From: Lachnospiraceae bacterium
Lineage (GTDB): Bacteria > Bacillota > Clostridia > Lachnospirales > Lachnospiraceae
Assembly: GCA_045628025.1 (NCBI GenBank)
Contig: JAZQOU010000006.1
Coordinates: 44,968-108,967 of the forward strand
Length of the DNA: 64,000 nucleotides
Direction of reading: 5' to 3'
The notes under the pieces are model-generated. The model did not search any database. It was not told the origin of the DNA and was given only the letters and a program-made list of their open reading frames with translations. How positions within the stretch are numbered: the first letter of the stretch is position 1; each line of letters starts with the position of its first letter. Shown piece after piece: positions 8,781 through 17,862 of this stretch. The translations under genes were made by a program, and so were the position numbers.

Positions 8781-11195
8781 ATGGTCAGTGCTGCGTTCAG
8801 ATTGATTTTGGAGTCACTTATTCCGGTAGTAGTAGCGGTAATTATTTATACGCTAGATAAAAAAACTGTTTTTGCAAATATTTCTAATATTGCAAAACAA
8901 GTCATAATTGGAATAATTTTTGGTATTATAGCTGTACTAGGAACAGAATATGGAATTAACATGAATGGTTTTAATGTTAATTGTAGAGATGCAGCACCTA
9001 TGGTTGCAGGTCTTTTGTTTGGTGGCCCTGCAGGTATTATAGCAGGCTTGATTGGCGGATTGGAAAGATGGTTTGCGGTATATTGGGGAATTGGAACATT
9101 CACTAGGGTTGCATGTAGTATATCCACAGTGTTGGCAGGATTTTATGCAGCTGTCTTAAAAAAATTCTTGCTTGCAGGTAAAAAACCAACACCTGTATTG
9201 GCATTAGGCTGTGGTGCTGTAATAGAAGTTTTTCATTTGATGATGGTGTTTATTACAAATGTTTCAGAAGCTGAAAAGGCTATAAAAGTTATTGACGCAT
9301 GTTTTGTTCCAATGGTTTCTGCTGTAGCATTTTCTTGTTTTTGCGCAACATTGTTAATTGCAATATTATCAAGAGATTTTTCTGTTACAGTAAAGACAAT
9401 TCGTAGTAAGACACCATTGTTTACTATTATACAAAGATGGTTGTTAGCGGTATTTGGAGTAGCATTTTTCCTTGTAATATATTTTGATTACAGAATTCAG
9501 ACAGAAACTGAAAAAAGAATAGTAGCGCAGGGGCTTGAACAGGCTATAGATGAAACCGCTAAAGACATAAATGACAGATCAAATGACTATATGATATCAA
9601 TTGCAAAGCTTGTGAAAAAAGAACTTATTTCTAATGAGTTTTCGTTACAAGAATTGGCGGATCATTATGAGCTGTCAGATATTGTTGTAGTTAATGGTGA
9701 AGGAATAGTTGTTGAATCAAATAATACAGAATATATAGGATTTGATATGTCAACTGGCGAGCAGTCGGCAGAGTTTTTGTGCTTGCTTGAGGATAAGGAT
9801 GAATATGTCCAGGAAATGATGCCTACAACTGCAGACAAAAATAAAATAAAAAAATTTGCAGGTGTGTCGTATGCAGATGGATTTGTTCAGATTTCATACG
9901 ATGATGCAATTCTTGAAAAGCATTTAGATTCATTGATATATGATGTTGCAAATAATAAGCATGTCAATGGAGACGGTGGAGTTGTAATTTTTAATAAAAC
10001 ATATGTAATTTCATCGCTTACTTCTGAATTAGATAAAAAAGCGGTGTACGCTGCAGGAATTAGAAGCTTAAGAAAAAACAGTGAAGGTCAGGTTTTTAGT
10101 GAAAATATAGGGGACGAAGAATATTACGAGGCGGTAAAGCCGTATTACAATTATTATATTGCTGCACTATATCCAGTTGATACTGCAGAAATGAATTTGA
10201 AGCTTTCTATGTATATTTTTACATTTTCGATGGTGTTAGTATTTGCAGCTATGTACGCCTTAATATATGCGTTGATAAAAAATGTTGTTGTTAGACAGAT
10301 TATAAAAGTAAACGGTTTGTTATCAGATATTACAGGCGGTGATTTGGATGTAGTTGTTAATGTTAGAACCAGCTCAGAATTTTCATCTTTATCTGATGAT
10401 ATAAATAGCACCGTTAATACATTAAAACGATTGATTGCTGAGGCTGCAGCAAGAATTGATGCAGAACTTGTATTTGCAAAAAACATTCAAGAGTCTGCTA
10501 TGCCAAATACTTTTCCTGCGTTTCCGGATATAAATAGCTTTGATATATACGCAAGAATGTATACAGCTAAAGAGGTTGGCGGAGATTTTTATGATTATTA
10601 TATGACGGATGCAAATACTTTACAGTTTATAATAGCTGATGTTTCTGGCAAAGGAATACCTGCGGCAATGTTCATGATGAGAGCAAAGTCTACTTTAAAG
10701 GGATTATCGGAACGCGGTGAAAAAGTAAATGAGGTATTTACACAAGGCAATAATTCTCTTTGTCAGGGTAATGAGGCGGGAATGTTTGTTACTGCATGGC
10801 AGGGTTCGATTGACCTTAGGACAGGATTGGTTGAATTTGCTAATGCAGGTCACAATATGCCGGTATTAAAACGAAAAGGAGAAAAGTTTGATTTTTATAA
10901 TCAAAAGGTAAATCTTGTCCTTGCAGGAATGGAAGGAATAAAATATAGGATAAATGAGTTGCAGCTTAATCCTGGAGACCAGATATTTCTTTACACAGAT
11001 GGCGTGAATGAGGCAACAGATACTGACAATGAGCTGTATGGAGATGAGCGTTTGCTGAAGGTGCTTAACGCTAGAGAATATGACAGCTTGAAGGAATTAT
11101 GTGACGCAGTTAAAGAAGATATCGATCTGTTCGTAAAAGGAAGAGATCAGTTTGATGATATTACAATGGTTGCCTTTGAATATAAAGGATATTAA
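8781..11195 (+). CDS. Membrane PP2C/SpoIIE-family phosphatase with LytS-type 5TM domain, probable Cache domain and HAMP
   Basis: NCRDAAPMVAGLLFGGPAGIIAG (5TMR-LYT-like); AKEVGGDFYD, IADVSGKGIPAA, NAGH, YTDGVNEA, FDDIT. Confidence 0.9.
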   Translation: MVSAAFRLILESLIPVVVAVIIYTLDKKTVFANISNIAKQVIIGIIFGIIAVLGTEYGINMNGFNVNCRDAAPMVAGLLFGGPAGIIAGLIGGLERWFAVYWGIGTFTRVACSISTVLAGFYAAVLKKFLLAGKKPTPVLALGCGAVIEVFHLMMVFITNVSEAEKAIKVIDACFVPMVSAVAFSCFCATLLIAILSRDFSVTVKTIRSKTPLFTIIQRWLLAVFGVAFFLVIYFDYRIQTETEKRIVAQGLEQAIDETAKDINDRSNDYMISIAKLVKKELISNEFSLQELADHYELSDIVVVNGEGIVVESNNTEYIGFDMSTGEQSAEFLCLLEDKDEYVQEMMPTTADKNKIKKFAGVSYADGFVQISYDDAILEKHLDSLIYDVANNKHVNGDGGVVIFNKTYVISSLTSELDKKAVYAAGIRSLRKNSEGQVFSENIGDEEYYEAVKPYYNYYIAALYPVDTAEMNLKLSMYIFTFSMVLVFAAMYALIYALIKNVVVRQIIKVNGLLSDITGGDLDVVVNVRTSSEFSSLSDDINSTVNTLKRLIAEAAARIDAELVFAKNIQESAMPNTFPAFPDINSFDIYARMYTAKEVGGDFYDYYMTDANTLQFIIADVSGKGIPAAMFMMRAKSTLKGLSERGEKVNEVFTQGNNSLCQGNEAGMFVTAWQGSIDLRTGLVEFANAGHNMPVLKRKGEKFDFYNQKVNLVLAGMEGIKYRINELQLNPGDQIFLYTDGVNEATDTDNELYGDERLLKVLNAREYDSLKELCDAVKEDIDLFVKGRDQFDDITMVAFEYKGY

Positions 11196-11219
11196 TTATA
11201 AAGAGTTTAGGGTGAGAAT

Positions 11220-12527
11220 ATGAGCTTGGAAAATGGAAAAAGAATGTATGAGTTTGTTGAAAAAATATTTCCTTATACAAGAAGCATAACTGGCGAGGGA
11301 GTGAGGCAAACAATATCTGATTTAAAGGAATATATTGAAAAAGACACTGATGCAGTTCTTAATGTGTATGAAGTTCCTTCTGGTAGTCAGGCATTTGATT
11401 GGTCGGTTCCAAAAGAGTGGGAAATAAAGGAAGCATATATAGAGGACGAAGCGGGCAATCATATTATTGATATGAAAAATAATAATTTGCACGTTGTAGG
11501 TTATTCTGTTTCTGTTGATGAGTGGGTGGATTTGGATGAACTAAAAAGTCATATTTTTACTCAGGTAGATCAGCCAGATGTAATTCCCTATGTTACATCA
11601 TATTATAAAGAGAGATATGGTTTTTGCATGAGTGAAAATCAAAAAAACGACTTAAAACCAGGGAAATATCACATGTATATAGATAGCAGACTGTTTGATG
11701 GCTGTTTGAATTACGCTGAAGTGGTTATTCCTGGACAGACAGATGAAGAAGTGTTCTTTTCTACGTATTTTTGCCACCCATCAATGGCGAATAATGAGTG
11801 CTCAGGCCCTGCATTGTCTGCTGAATTAGTAAGATACGTTTCCTCGCTTAAGAATAGACGTTATACATATAGATTTGTCTATATACCAGAAACAATAGGA
11901 TCATTGGTTTATATGGCTGTTGATGATCATTTGTCACATATGAAAAACAAAATAGTTGCAGGCTATAATTTATCATGCGTGGGCGATGATAGAGTATATT
12001 CCATGGTAGAAACCAAGTATGCAGATACTTTGGCAGATAAGTCGTTAAAAAACATACTAAAATATCATACAGGAGACGGTTTTATTAATTATTCGTTTTT
12101 AGCAAGGGGCTCAGATGAAAGAGAATATGGAGCACCTGGTGCAGATTTGCCTGTAGTATGTTTTTGCAGATCCAAGTTTGGAGAGTACCCAGAATATCAT
12201 ACATCGGCAGATGATTTGAGTGTTGTCAGCCCAGAAGGATTTGCAGGAGCATATGATGCTATGACAAAGCTGATAGATGCTTTGGAGGCAAATTATTATT
12301 ATGAAATGACTGTGATTGGAGAACCACAGCTGGGAAAGAGGGGCTTATATCCTGATATCAGCAAAAAAGGTAGTTATGATGGTGTTATGGCTATGAAGCA
12401 CTTTATGGCATATGCAGATGGCAAAAATGATATTTTTGATATTAGTAATATAACTGGGGTGCCGGTAGATAATATGCTTGAATTTGTTGATAAATTGTTT
12501 GAAGCTGGATTGGTTATGAGATATTAA
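11220..12527 (+). CDS. DUF4910-type aminopeptidase-fold protein with C-terminal winged helix
   Basis: RSITGEGVR, FDWSVPKEW, IPYVTSYY, CHPSMANNECSGP, PETIGS, GSDERE, YPEYHTSAD, EPQLGKRGLYP. Confidence 0.85.
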   Translation: MSLENGKRMYEFVEKIFPYTRSITGEGVRQTISDLKEYIEKDTDAVLNVYEVPSGSQAFDWSVPKEWEIKEAYIEDEAGNHIIDMKNNNLHVVGYSVSVDEWVDLDELKSHIFTQVDQPDVIPYVTSYYKERYGFCMSENQKNDLKPGKYHMYIDSRLFDGCLNYAEVVIPGQTDEEVFFSTYFCHPSMANNECSGPALSAELVRYVSSLKNRRYTYRFVYIPETIGSLVYMAVDDHLSHMKNKIVAGYNLSCVGDDRVYSMVETKYADTLADKSLKNILKYHTGDGFINYSFLARGSDEREYGAPGADLPVVCFCRSKFGEYPEYHTSADDLSVVSPEGFAGAYDAMTKLIDALEANYYYEMTVIGEPQLGKRGLYPDISKKGSYDGVMAMKHFMAYADGKNDIFDISNITGVPVDNMLEFVDKLFEAGLVMRY

Positions 12528-12576
12528 TGCATTTACCTGTGGTTTGATGCGTGGTTATAAAACGAAAGTTGGATAA

Positions 12577-13446
12577 TTGATGTTTAAAACATATTTTGAA
12601 GATTATAAAATAGAACTGATTAATATGGGACTAAAGAAGGATGACGTGGTATGCATGGCATCTGGAATAAGTGGACTTATAAAAAGAGCAAAAGAAGAAA
12701 TTGGACTTAAAGATGAAGACAGAGGAAAATTTCTGGATGAATTTATCAATTCATGTATTGATATTATAGGACCAAATGGAACATTGCTCATTCAGTCTTT
12801 TACTTGGGACTTTTGCAGAGGCAATGGATTTGACTATTATAACTCAAAAAGTGAAGTGGGTGCATTGTCTAATTATGTTCTTGAAAACCGAAAGGACTTT
12901 AAAAGAACAAAGCATCCTATATATTCTTTTTTAGTTTGGGGAGCAAAGCAGGATTTTTTTGTTAGTCTTGATAATCAGGATGCATGGGGAATGGGGTCAC
13001 CTTTTGCTTATTTTAGAGAATTTAAAGCTAAACAATTACTTGTGGCTTGTGAGCCTTTGGCAGGGATGACATTCCTACATTTTGTAGAGCAATGGACTGG
13101 TGTACCATATAGGCATCCAAAGTATTTCTTTGGAAAATATATTGATGAGGCGGGGAAAGAAGAAGTAAGAACTTACAGTATGTATGTAAGAGATATAGAT
13201 GTTGGACAAGATTTGATATTATCGAATGATTTTCTGGCAATTAAAGGCGTTGCTAAAATTGGAACGTTTAAAGACACAAAATTATCAATTGTAGATATGG
13301 ATGCTTCATATCCAGTAATTTATGACGACATAGTAAATAATGGAGCGAAAAATGTTTTTACTTTGACTAATTATAAGCTTGATTTTGCAAGGGAACAGAC
13401 TATTCCATATGAAATCAGTCAAATCGGTCATATTGCACAAAAATAA
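12577..13446 (+). CDS. AAC(3)/Antibiotic_NAT family N-acyltransferase homolog
   Basis: GPNGTLLIQSFTW, VGALS, RTKHPIYSF, GSPF, TFLHFVEQ..VPYR. Confidence 0.85.
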   Translation: MMFKTYFEDYKIELINMGLKKDDVVCMASGISGLIKRAKEEIGLKDEDRGKFLDEFINSCIDIIGPNGTLLIQSFTWDFCRGNGFDYYNSKSEVGALSNYVLENRKDFKRTKHPIYSFLVWGAKQDFFVSLDNQDAWGMGSPFAYFREFKAKQLLVACEPLAGMTFLHFVEQWTGVPYRHPKYFFGKYIDEAGKEEVRTYSMYVRDIDVGQDLILSNDFLAIKGVAKIGTFKDTKLSIVDMDASYPVIYDDIVNNGAKNVFTLTNYKLDFAREQTIPYEISQIGHIAQK

Positions 13447-13459
13447 TATATATCATTTT

Positions 13460-13502
13460 TATACAACAATATGTTGTGTATAGAGGACATAAGTTTTATA
13501 AT
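13460..13502 (+). promoter_or_regulatory. SigA-like promoter with inverted repeat over the -35
   Basis: TTGTGT(13474-13479)-N17-TATAAT(13497-13502); TATACAACA-ATA-TGTTGTGTA at 13460-13480. Confidence 0.55.
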
Positions 13503-13552
13503 TAAACAAGGTGAAAATATTCATGGTAACGTGAATTTTGATGGAGGAAAAG

Positions 13553-15229
13553 ATGAAGAGTAAAAAGAAAATATCCATGATGGCAACGCTGTTGTTGCTT
13601 GCAATTATTCCAATGCTTCTAACAGCTTTGGTAGTGGCATTAACTTCGTGTACAAAAATGGCATCGTCGTTAGAAGAGGATGTTTACCACGAATTATATG
13701 TAGCTGCTGAAGGGTTGAAGAATTATTACGAGTGGGACATTATAAATAATGATGACCATAAGCCTGTATATGAGCATGATTATGTAGACAGCTTGGTGGA
13801 CGATGGCGTTGAACTTACATTATTTATTGAAGATACACGATTTATTACATCTATTAAGGATTCAACTAATCCTACAGGCAGAAATGAAGGCACTCAGGCT
13901 AGTGCAGAGATTTGGGCTAAGGTTTCAAAGGGTGAGTCTGTTGAGGCTAACGGAGTAGTTATTAATGGCTCAAAATACTATGTAGTGTATGTTCCGGTTT
14001 CTGGAAATGATGGATCGGTTATGGGTATGGCATTTGCAGGTATGAAGCAGGCAAATGTAAATGATACGATTAAAGCTGCAGTTGTTTCAATTGTTATTAC
14101 ATCGGTTGTAATTGTTCTTATCTGCGCTGTAATTGTGTTTATTATGGCAAAGAAAATTAAGGAACCACTTGAGATTATAGACGAGAATCTTGGTTATCTT
14201 TCAACAGGTGATCTTACACAGCACAAAACAGCTAAGTCTTTTGTAAAAGAAATAGATTCAATTATTCAGTCCAGAGTTAGACTTTCTAATTCTCTTCGTG
14301 AGATTGTTGGAAAGGTTCAGGGAGCATCTGAGGAGCTTCTTAATTATGGTAATGAACTCCAGACAGTTGCTAGCAATACATCAGCAAATGCAGATGATAT
14401 TTCTAGAGCGGTTGAAGAGATTTCAAAGGGTGCCATTACAATGGCAGGCGATATTGAGGATGCTACAGGCCGTGTATCTGATATGGGCGTTCAGATTGAA
14501 GGTATTGTAGGTGGTATTACAGAGCTGGATGTTGTTGCTGGTGATATGGATCAGGCAGGAAAGAAAGCTATTGATATCATGAGACTTCTCAATGATTCAA
14601 ATAATAAGACAGCTGAAGCTATTACAATAGTTGCAGAGAACGTTGAGGCAACTGACAGATCGGTTGCAGAAATATCAGCAGCGGTAGATCTTATAACAGC
14701 TATTGCAGATCAGACAAATCTTCTTTCTCTTAATGCTTCAATTGAAGCTGCAAGAGCAGGTGAGGCAGGACGTGGATTTGCAGTTGTTGCAAATGAAATT
14801 TCTAATCTTGCAGATCAGTCAAATGATTCAGGTAGAAAGATTGAAGAGATTCTTGCAAAGCTTGTAGCTGATTCACATAGATCTATTGAAAAGATGCAGG
14901 AAGTACAGGCATTACTTCAGGAACAGTCAGAGAAGCTATCTATTACTGAAAACGAGTTTAACAACGTTACAACTGGTATTGCAGATACAAGAGAGCAGAG
15001 TAGTATTGTTGATGGTCAGGCTAAGGATTGTAATGAGTCAAGAACAAAGGTTATTGATATTATTTCTAGTCTGAGTGCTATTTCTCAGGAGAATGCAGCA
15101 AATACTCAGCAGACTACAGCTTCTATGGAAGAGCTTAATGCAACAATTAACCTGGTTGCTCAGCAGGCTTCAGATGTTAGAAGTCAGGCCGAAGGTCTTG
15201 AAGAAGCAATGAAGTTCTTTACATTATAA
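13553..15229 (+). CDS. Methyl-accepting chemotaxis protein with extracellular Cache-like domain
   Basis: Two TMs flanking a sensor domain; [27 protein letters not shown]; start moved to ATG 13553 after GGAGG. Confidence 0.93.
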   Translation: MKSKKKISMMATLLLLAIIPMLLTALVVALTSCTKMASSLEEDVYHELYVAAEGLKNYYEWDIINNDDHKPVYEHDYVDSLVDDGVELTLFIEDTRFITSIKDSTNPTGRNEGTQASAEIWAKVSKGESVEANGVVINGSKYYVVYVPVSGNDGSVMGMAFAGMKQANVNDTIKAAVVSIVITSVVIVLICAVIVFIMAKKIKEPLEIIDENLGYLSTGDLTQHKTAKSFVKEIDSIIQSRVRLSNSLREIVGKVQGASEELLNYGNELQTVASNTSANADDISRAVEEISKGAITMAGDIEDATGRVSDMGVQIEGIVGGITELDVVAGDMDQAGKKAIDIMRLLNDSNNKTAEAITIVAENVEATDRSVAEISAAVDLITAIADQTNLLSLNASIEAARAGEAGRGFAVVANEISNLADQSNDSGRKIEEILAKLVADSHRSIEKMQEVQALLQEQSEKLSITENEFNNVTTGIADTREQSSIVDGQAKDCNESRTKVIDIISSLSAISQENAANTQQTTASMEELNATINLVAQQASDVRSQAEGLEEAMKFFTL

Positions 15230-15240
15230 AAAAGATCCTG

Positions 15241-15272
15241 TAGGCCGTCACTGATTGTGGCGGCCTATTTTT
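15241..15272 (+). terminator. Rho-independent terminator
   Basis: TAGGCCGTCAC-TGATT-GTGGCGGCCTA-TTTTT. Confidence 0.85.
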
Positions 15273-15307
15273 GTCTAAAAAATTCTTTTTGGCGCAGAGG
15301 TTACAAA

Positions 15308-16663
15308 ATGGCAGATAGTACAAAAAAATTAACGGAAGGGAGCCCAATGAGGCTTGTTCTTGGCTTTTCTATTCCATTATTATCGGGATTATTATTTCAG
15401 CAGATGTATAATCTTGTTGATACTATTATTGTAGGACAGTGTCTTGGCACAGAATGTTTGGCGGCGGTAGGTTCTACAGGCGCAATAAATTTTTTAGTAA
15501 ATGGATTTTGTATAGGAGTTTGTAGTGGCTTTGCAATTCCGGTTGCTCAAAGATTTGGTGCTGAAAGTTATGACAGTATGAGACGATTTGTAACAAACGC
15601 CGTTGAGCTGTCAGCTATAATGGCTGGTGTTTTAACTCTGATAGTATGCGTTTTTTGTAGACAAATTCTGCTATTGATGAATACTCCGGTAAATATTATA
15701 GATGGTGCATACAGCTACATATTTATAATCTTTTTAGGTATACCAGTTACGTTTTTATATAATTTAACGGCTGGAGTTATGAGGTCTTTAGGAGATAGTA
15801 AGACTCCGGTTTATTTTCTTTTAATGGCATCTGTAATAAATATAGTACTTGATTTGCTATTTATAATGTGTTTAAAAACATCAGTAGAAGGGCCAGCAAT
15901 AGCAACAGTAATATCTCAATTTATAGCTGGAATGGCATGTCTTATTGTATTGAGATATAAATTTCCTTTGCTCAAACAACAGCCAGGGGATTGGAAAATG
16001 GGTAAGCATCATACAAGTGTGCTTTTATCTATGGGTCTTCCTATGGGGCTTCAGTATTCAATTACAGCAGTAGGATCAGTAATTTTACAGACTGCTGTTA
16101 ATGGACTTGGTTCAGACGCTGTTGCAGCAGTGTCAGCTGCAAGCAAGTTAAATCAGTTTTTGATGTGTCCATTTGATGCATTGGGCTCTACTATGGCTAC
16201 ATTTGCAGGACAGAATGTTGGAGCAAAGAAAATAGACAGAGTTAGGCAAGGACTTAAAGATGCTTCTATTATAGGTTTTATATATACAGCAATAGCTTTT
16301 GTAATTGTATACTTCTTTGGAAGAAGCTTGTTATTATTGTTTTTAGATTCTTCTGCAACAGATATTATTGAGAATGCTAACAATTGGCTGCTTATGAATG
16401 TGCTGTTTTTCTTTGCACTTGATCTTGTAAATTGCGTTAGATTTTCAATACAAGGAATGGGATTTTCTGTTGTTGCTGTTTTAGCTGGTGTTATGGAGAT
16501 GGTTGCAAGAGTGCTGGTAGCTGTATTCTTAGTCCCTACAATGGGATTCGGAGGAGTAGTTTGGGCAAATCCAGCAGCATGGATATTTGCGGATGCATTT
16601 TTAGTTCCAACATTTTTAATATTAGCCCGAAAACTGGAACGTAAAATGACGAGACTAATATAG
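15308..16663 (+). CDS. MATE family efflux transporter
   Basis: LTEGSP..FSIPL..LFQQMYNLVDTIIVG, RSLGDSKTP, GQNVGAK; start ATG 15308 after AGAGG. Confidence 0.93.
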   Translation: MADSTKKLTEGSPMRLVLGFSIPLLSGLLFQQMYNLVDTIIVGQCLGTECLAAVGSTGAINFLVNGFCIGVCSGFAIPVAQRFGAESYDSMRRFVTNAVELSAIMAGVLTLIVCVFCRQILLLMNTPVNIIDGAYSYIFIIFLGIPVTFLYNLTAGVMRSLGDSKTPVYFLLMASVINIVLDLLFIMCLKTSVEGPAIATVISQFIAGMACLIVLRYKFPLLKQQPGDWKMGKHHTSVLLSMGLPMGLQYSITAVGSVILQTAVNGLGSDAVAAVSAASKLNQFLMCPFDALGSTMATFAGQNVGAKKIDRVRQGLKDASIIGFIYTAIAFVIVYFFGRSLLLLFLDSSATDIIENANNWLLMNVLFFFALDLVNCVRFSIQGMGFSVVAVLAGVMEMVARVLVAVFLVPTMGFGGVVWANPAAWIFADAFLVPTFLILARKLERKMTRLI

Positions 16664-16690
16664 ACAAAAGATATATTTCTTTGGTAATAT
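16661..16690 (+). promoter_or_regulatory. SigA-like promoter of the GH25 gene
   Basis: TAGACA-N18-TAATAT with extended -10 TG. Confidence 0.5.
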
Positions 16691-16799
16691 ATAAAATGAG
16701 TGTGCGTGTTGGGGACTGTTTGAAACTTTTTGCGTATTTATGCAAAGTTTTGGTCTGAGCGTATAGATGTAAAAAGTTTTAGATTTGGAGGATAGTTTT

Positions 16800-17807
16800 T
16801 TGAAAAAGAAAATACTAAAGTCTGTTATGGCTTTAACTCTTGCGTTTACATTTATGTTTGCACCTGCAGCAAAGGTTGAAGCTGCACCTACAGCTCATTT
16901 TGGTGTAGATGTATCTAAACATAGAGGTCTAATAAACTGGTATCAGGCAAAGGCAGCTGGTGTTGAGTTTGCAATGATTAAGGTTGGAAGCACAAATACA
17001 GGTGTAGACCCATATTTTGTGACGAACATAAAAGGGGCACAGGCTGCTGGAATTAGAACAGGTGTGTATTTGTATTCTTATGCTAATAGTGTACAAGGGG
17101 CAATAAATGAGGCAAATCTTTGTATACAGTGGATGGAAGGATATGGTGTAAACCTGCCAGTTGCTTATGATGTAGAGAATAAGGCACAAAAGGCTCTTGA
17201 TGCTAATACAGTTACAGCAATGGCAAACGCATTTTGCGATACAATAGCTGCAGCTGGTTATACACCAATTGTATATAGCTACAAGAACTTCTTTGCAAGA
17301 TATATTACAAATGATTTAAGATATGATAAGTGGGTTGCGCAGTATAGTGATCACTGTGATATTTTTGATTGCGCAATGTGGCAGTATTCATCAAGCGGAA
17401 CTGTGGCAGGTATTCCTGGAACATGTGATGTAAACTGGATGAATAAGGATTATATAAATCTTATTCCTGCAAATGGTTTTGCCGATGATTATTATTACCT
17501 TAATTATAGAAAAATTATGGGTAATCAGCTGATTACATTCAATGGACAGTCATATCACCTTGGCGATGATAGCAAGCTTACAAGAGGAATTTGGTGGACA
17601 AGTCCACAGGGCAAGGTTTATTATTTTGATAAGACAGATGGTCATGCGGTAACAGGCTTTGTAAATATAGACGGCTTTGATTACTACTTTAATGCAGACG
17701 GTACACAGGTATTTAATCAGAATCTTATTATTACAAAGGATCATTGCTATCATGTTGAACCAGATGGTAAGGCGTGTATAGTGGTATTTACAGAAACTAA
17801 GAAATAG
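16800..17807 (+). CDS. Secreted GH25 muramidase with cell-wall-binding repeats
   Basis: Signal peptide KKKILKS..VEA; GVDVSKH, YLYSYA, AYDVE, WQYSS, CDVN; aromatic repeats VYYFD, YYFNADG; TTG 16800 after GGAGG. Confidence 0.9.
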   Translation: MKKKILKSVMALTLAFTFMFAPAAKVEAAPTAHFGVDVSKHRGLINWYQAKAAGVEFAMIKVGSTNTGVDPYFVTNIKGAQAAGIRTGVYLYSYANSVQGAINEANLCIQWMEGYGVNLPVAYDVENKAQKALDANTVTAMANAFCDTIAAAGYTPIVYSYKNFFARYITNDLRYDKWVAQYSDHCDIFDCAMWQYSSSGTVAGIPGTCDVNWMNKDYINLIPANGFADDYYYLNYRKIMGNQLITFNGQSYHLGDDSKLTRGIWWTSPQGKVYYFDKTDGHAVTGFVNIDGFDYYFNADGTQVFNQNLIITKDHCYHVEPDGKACIVVFTETKK

Positions 17808-17823
17808 AAAAAACATGAATTGT

Positions 17824-17852
17824 AGAGCGTCGCAATTAGCGGCGCTCTTATT
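17824..17852 (+). terminator. GC-rich hairpin, possibly a weak terminator
   Basis: AGAGCGTCGC-AATTA-GCGGCGCTCT followed only by TATT, directly before the ftsH SD. Confidence 0.55.
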
Positions 17853-17862
17853 GGAGGAAAGC

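Noticed and set aside
12577-13446. Calling the AAC(3) homolog an aminoglycoside resistance gene
   Set aside because: Only family-level motifs; no mobile context; paired with DUF4910
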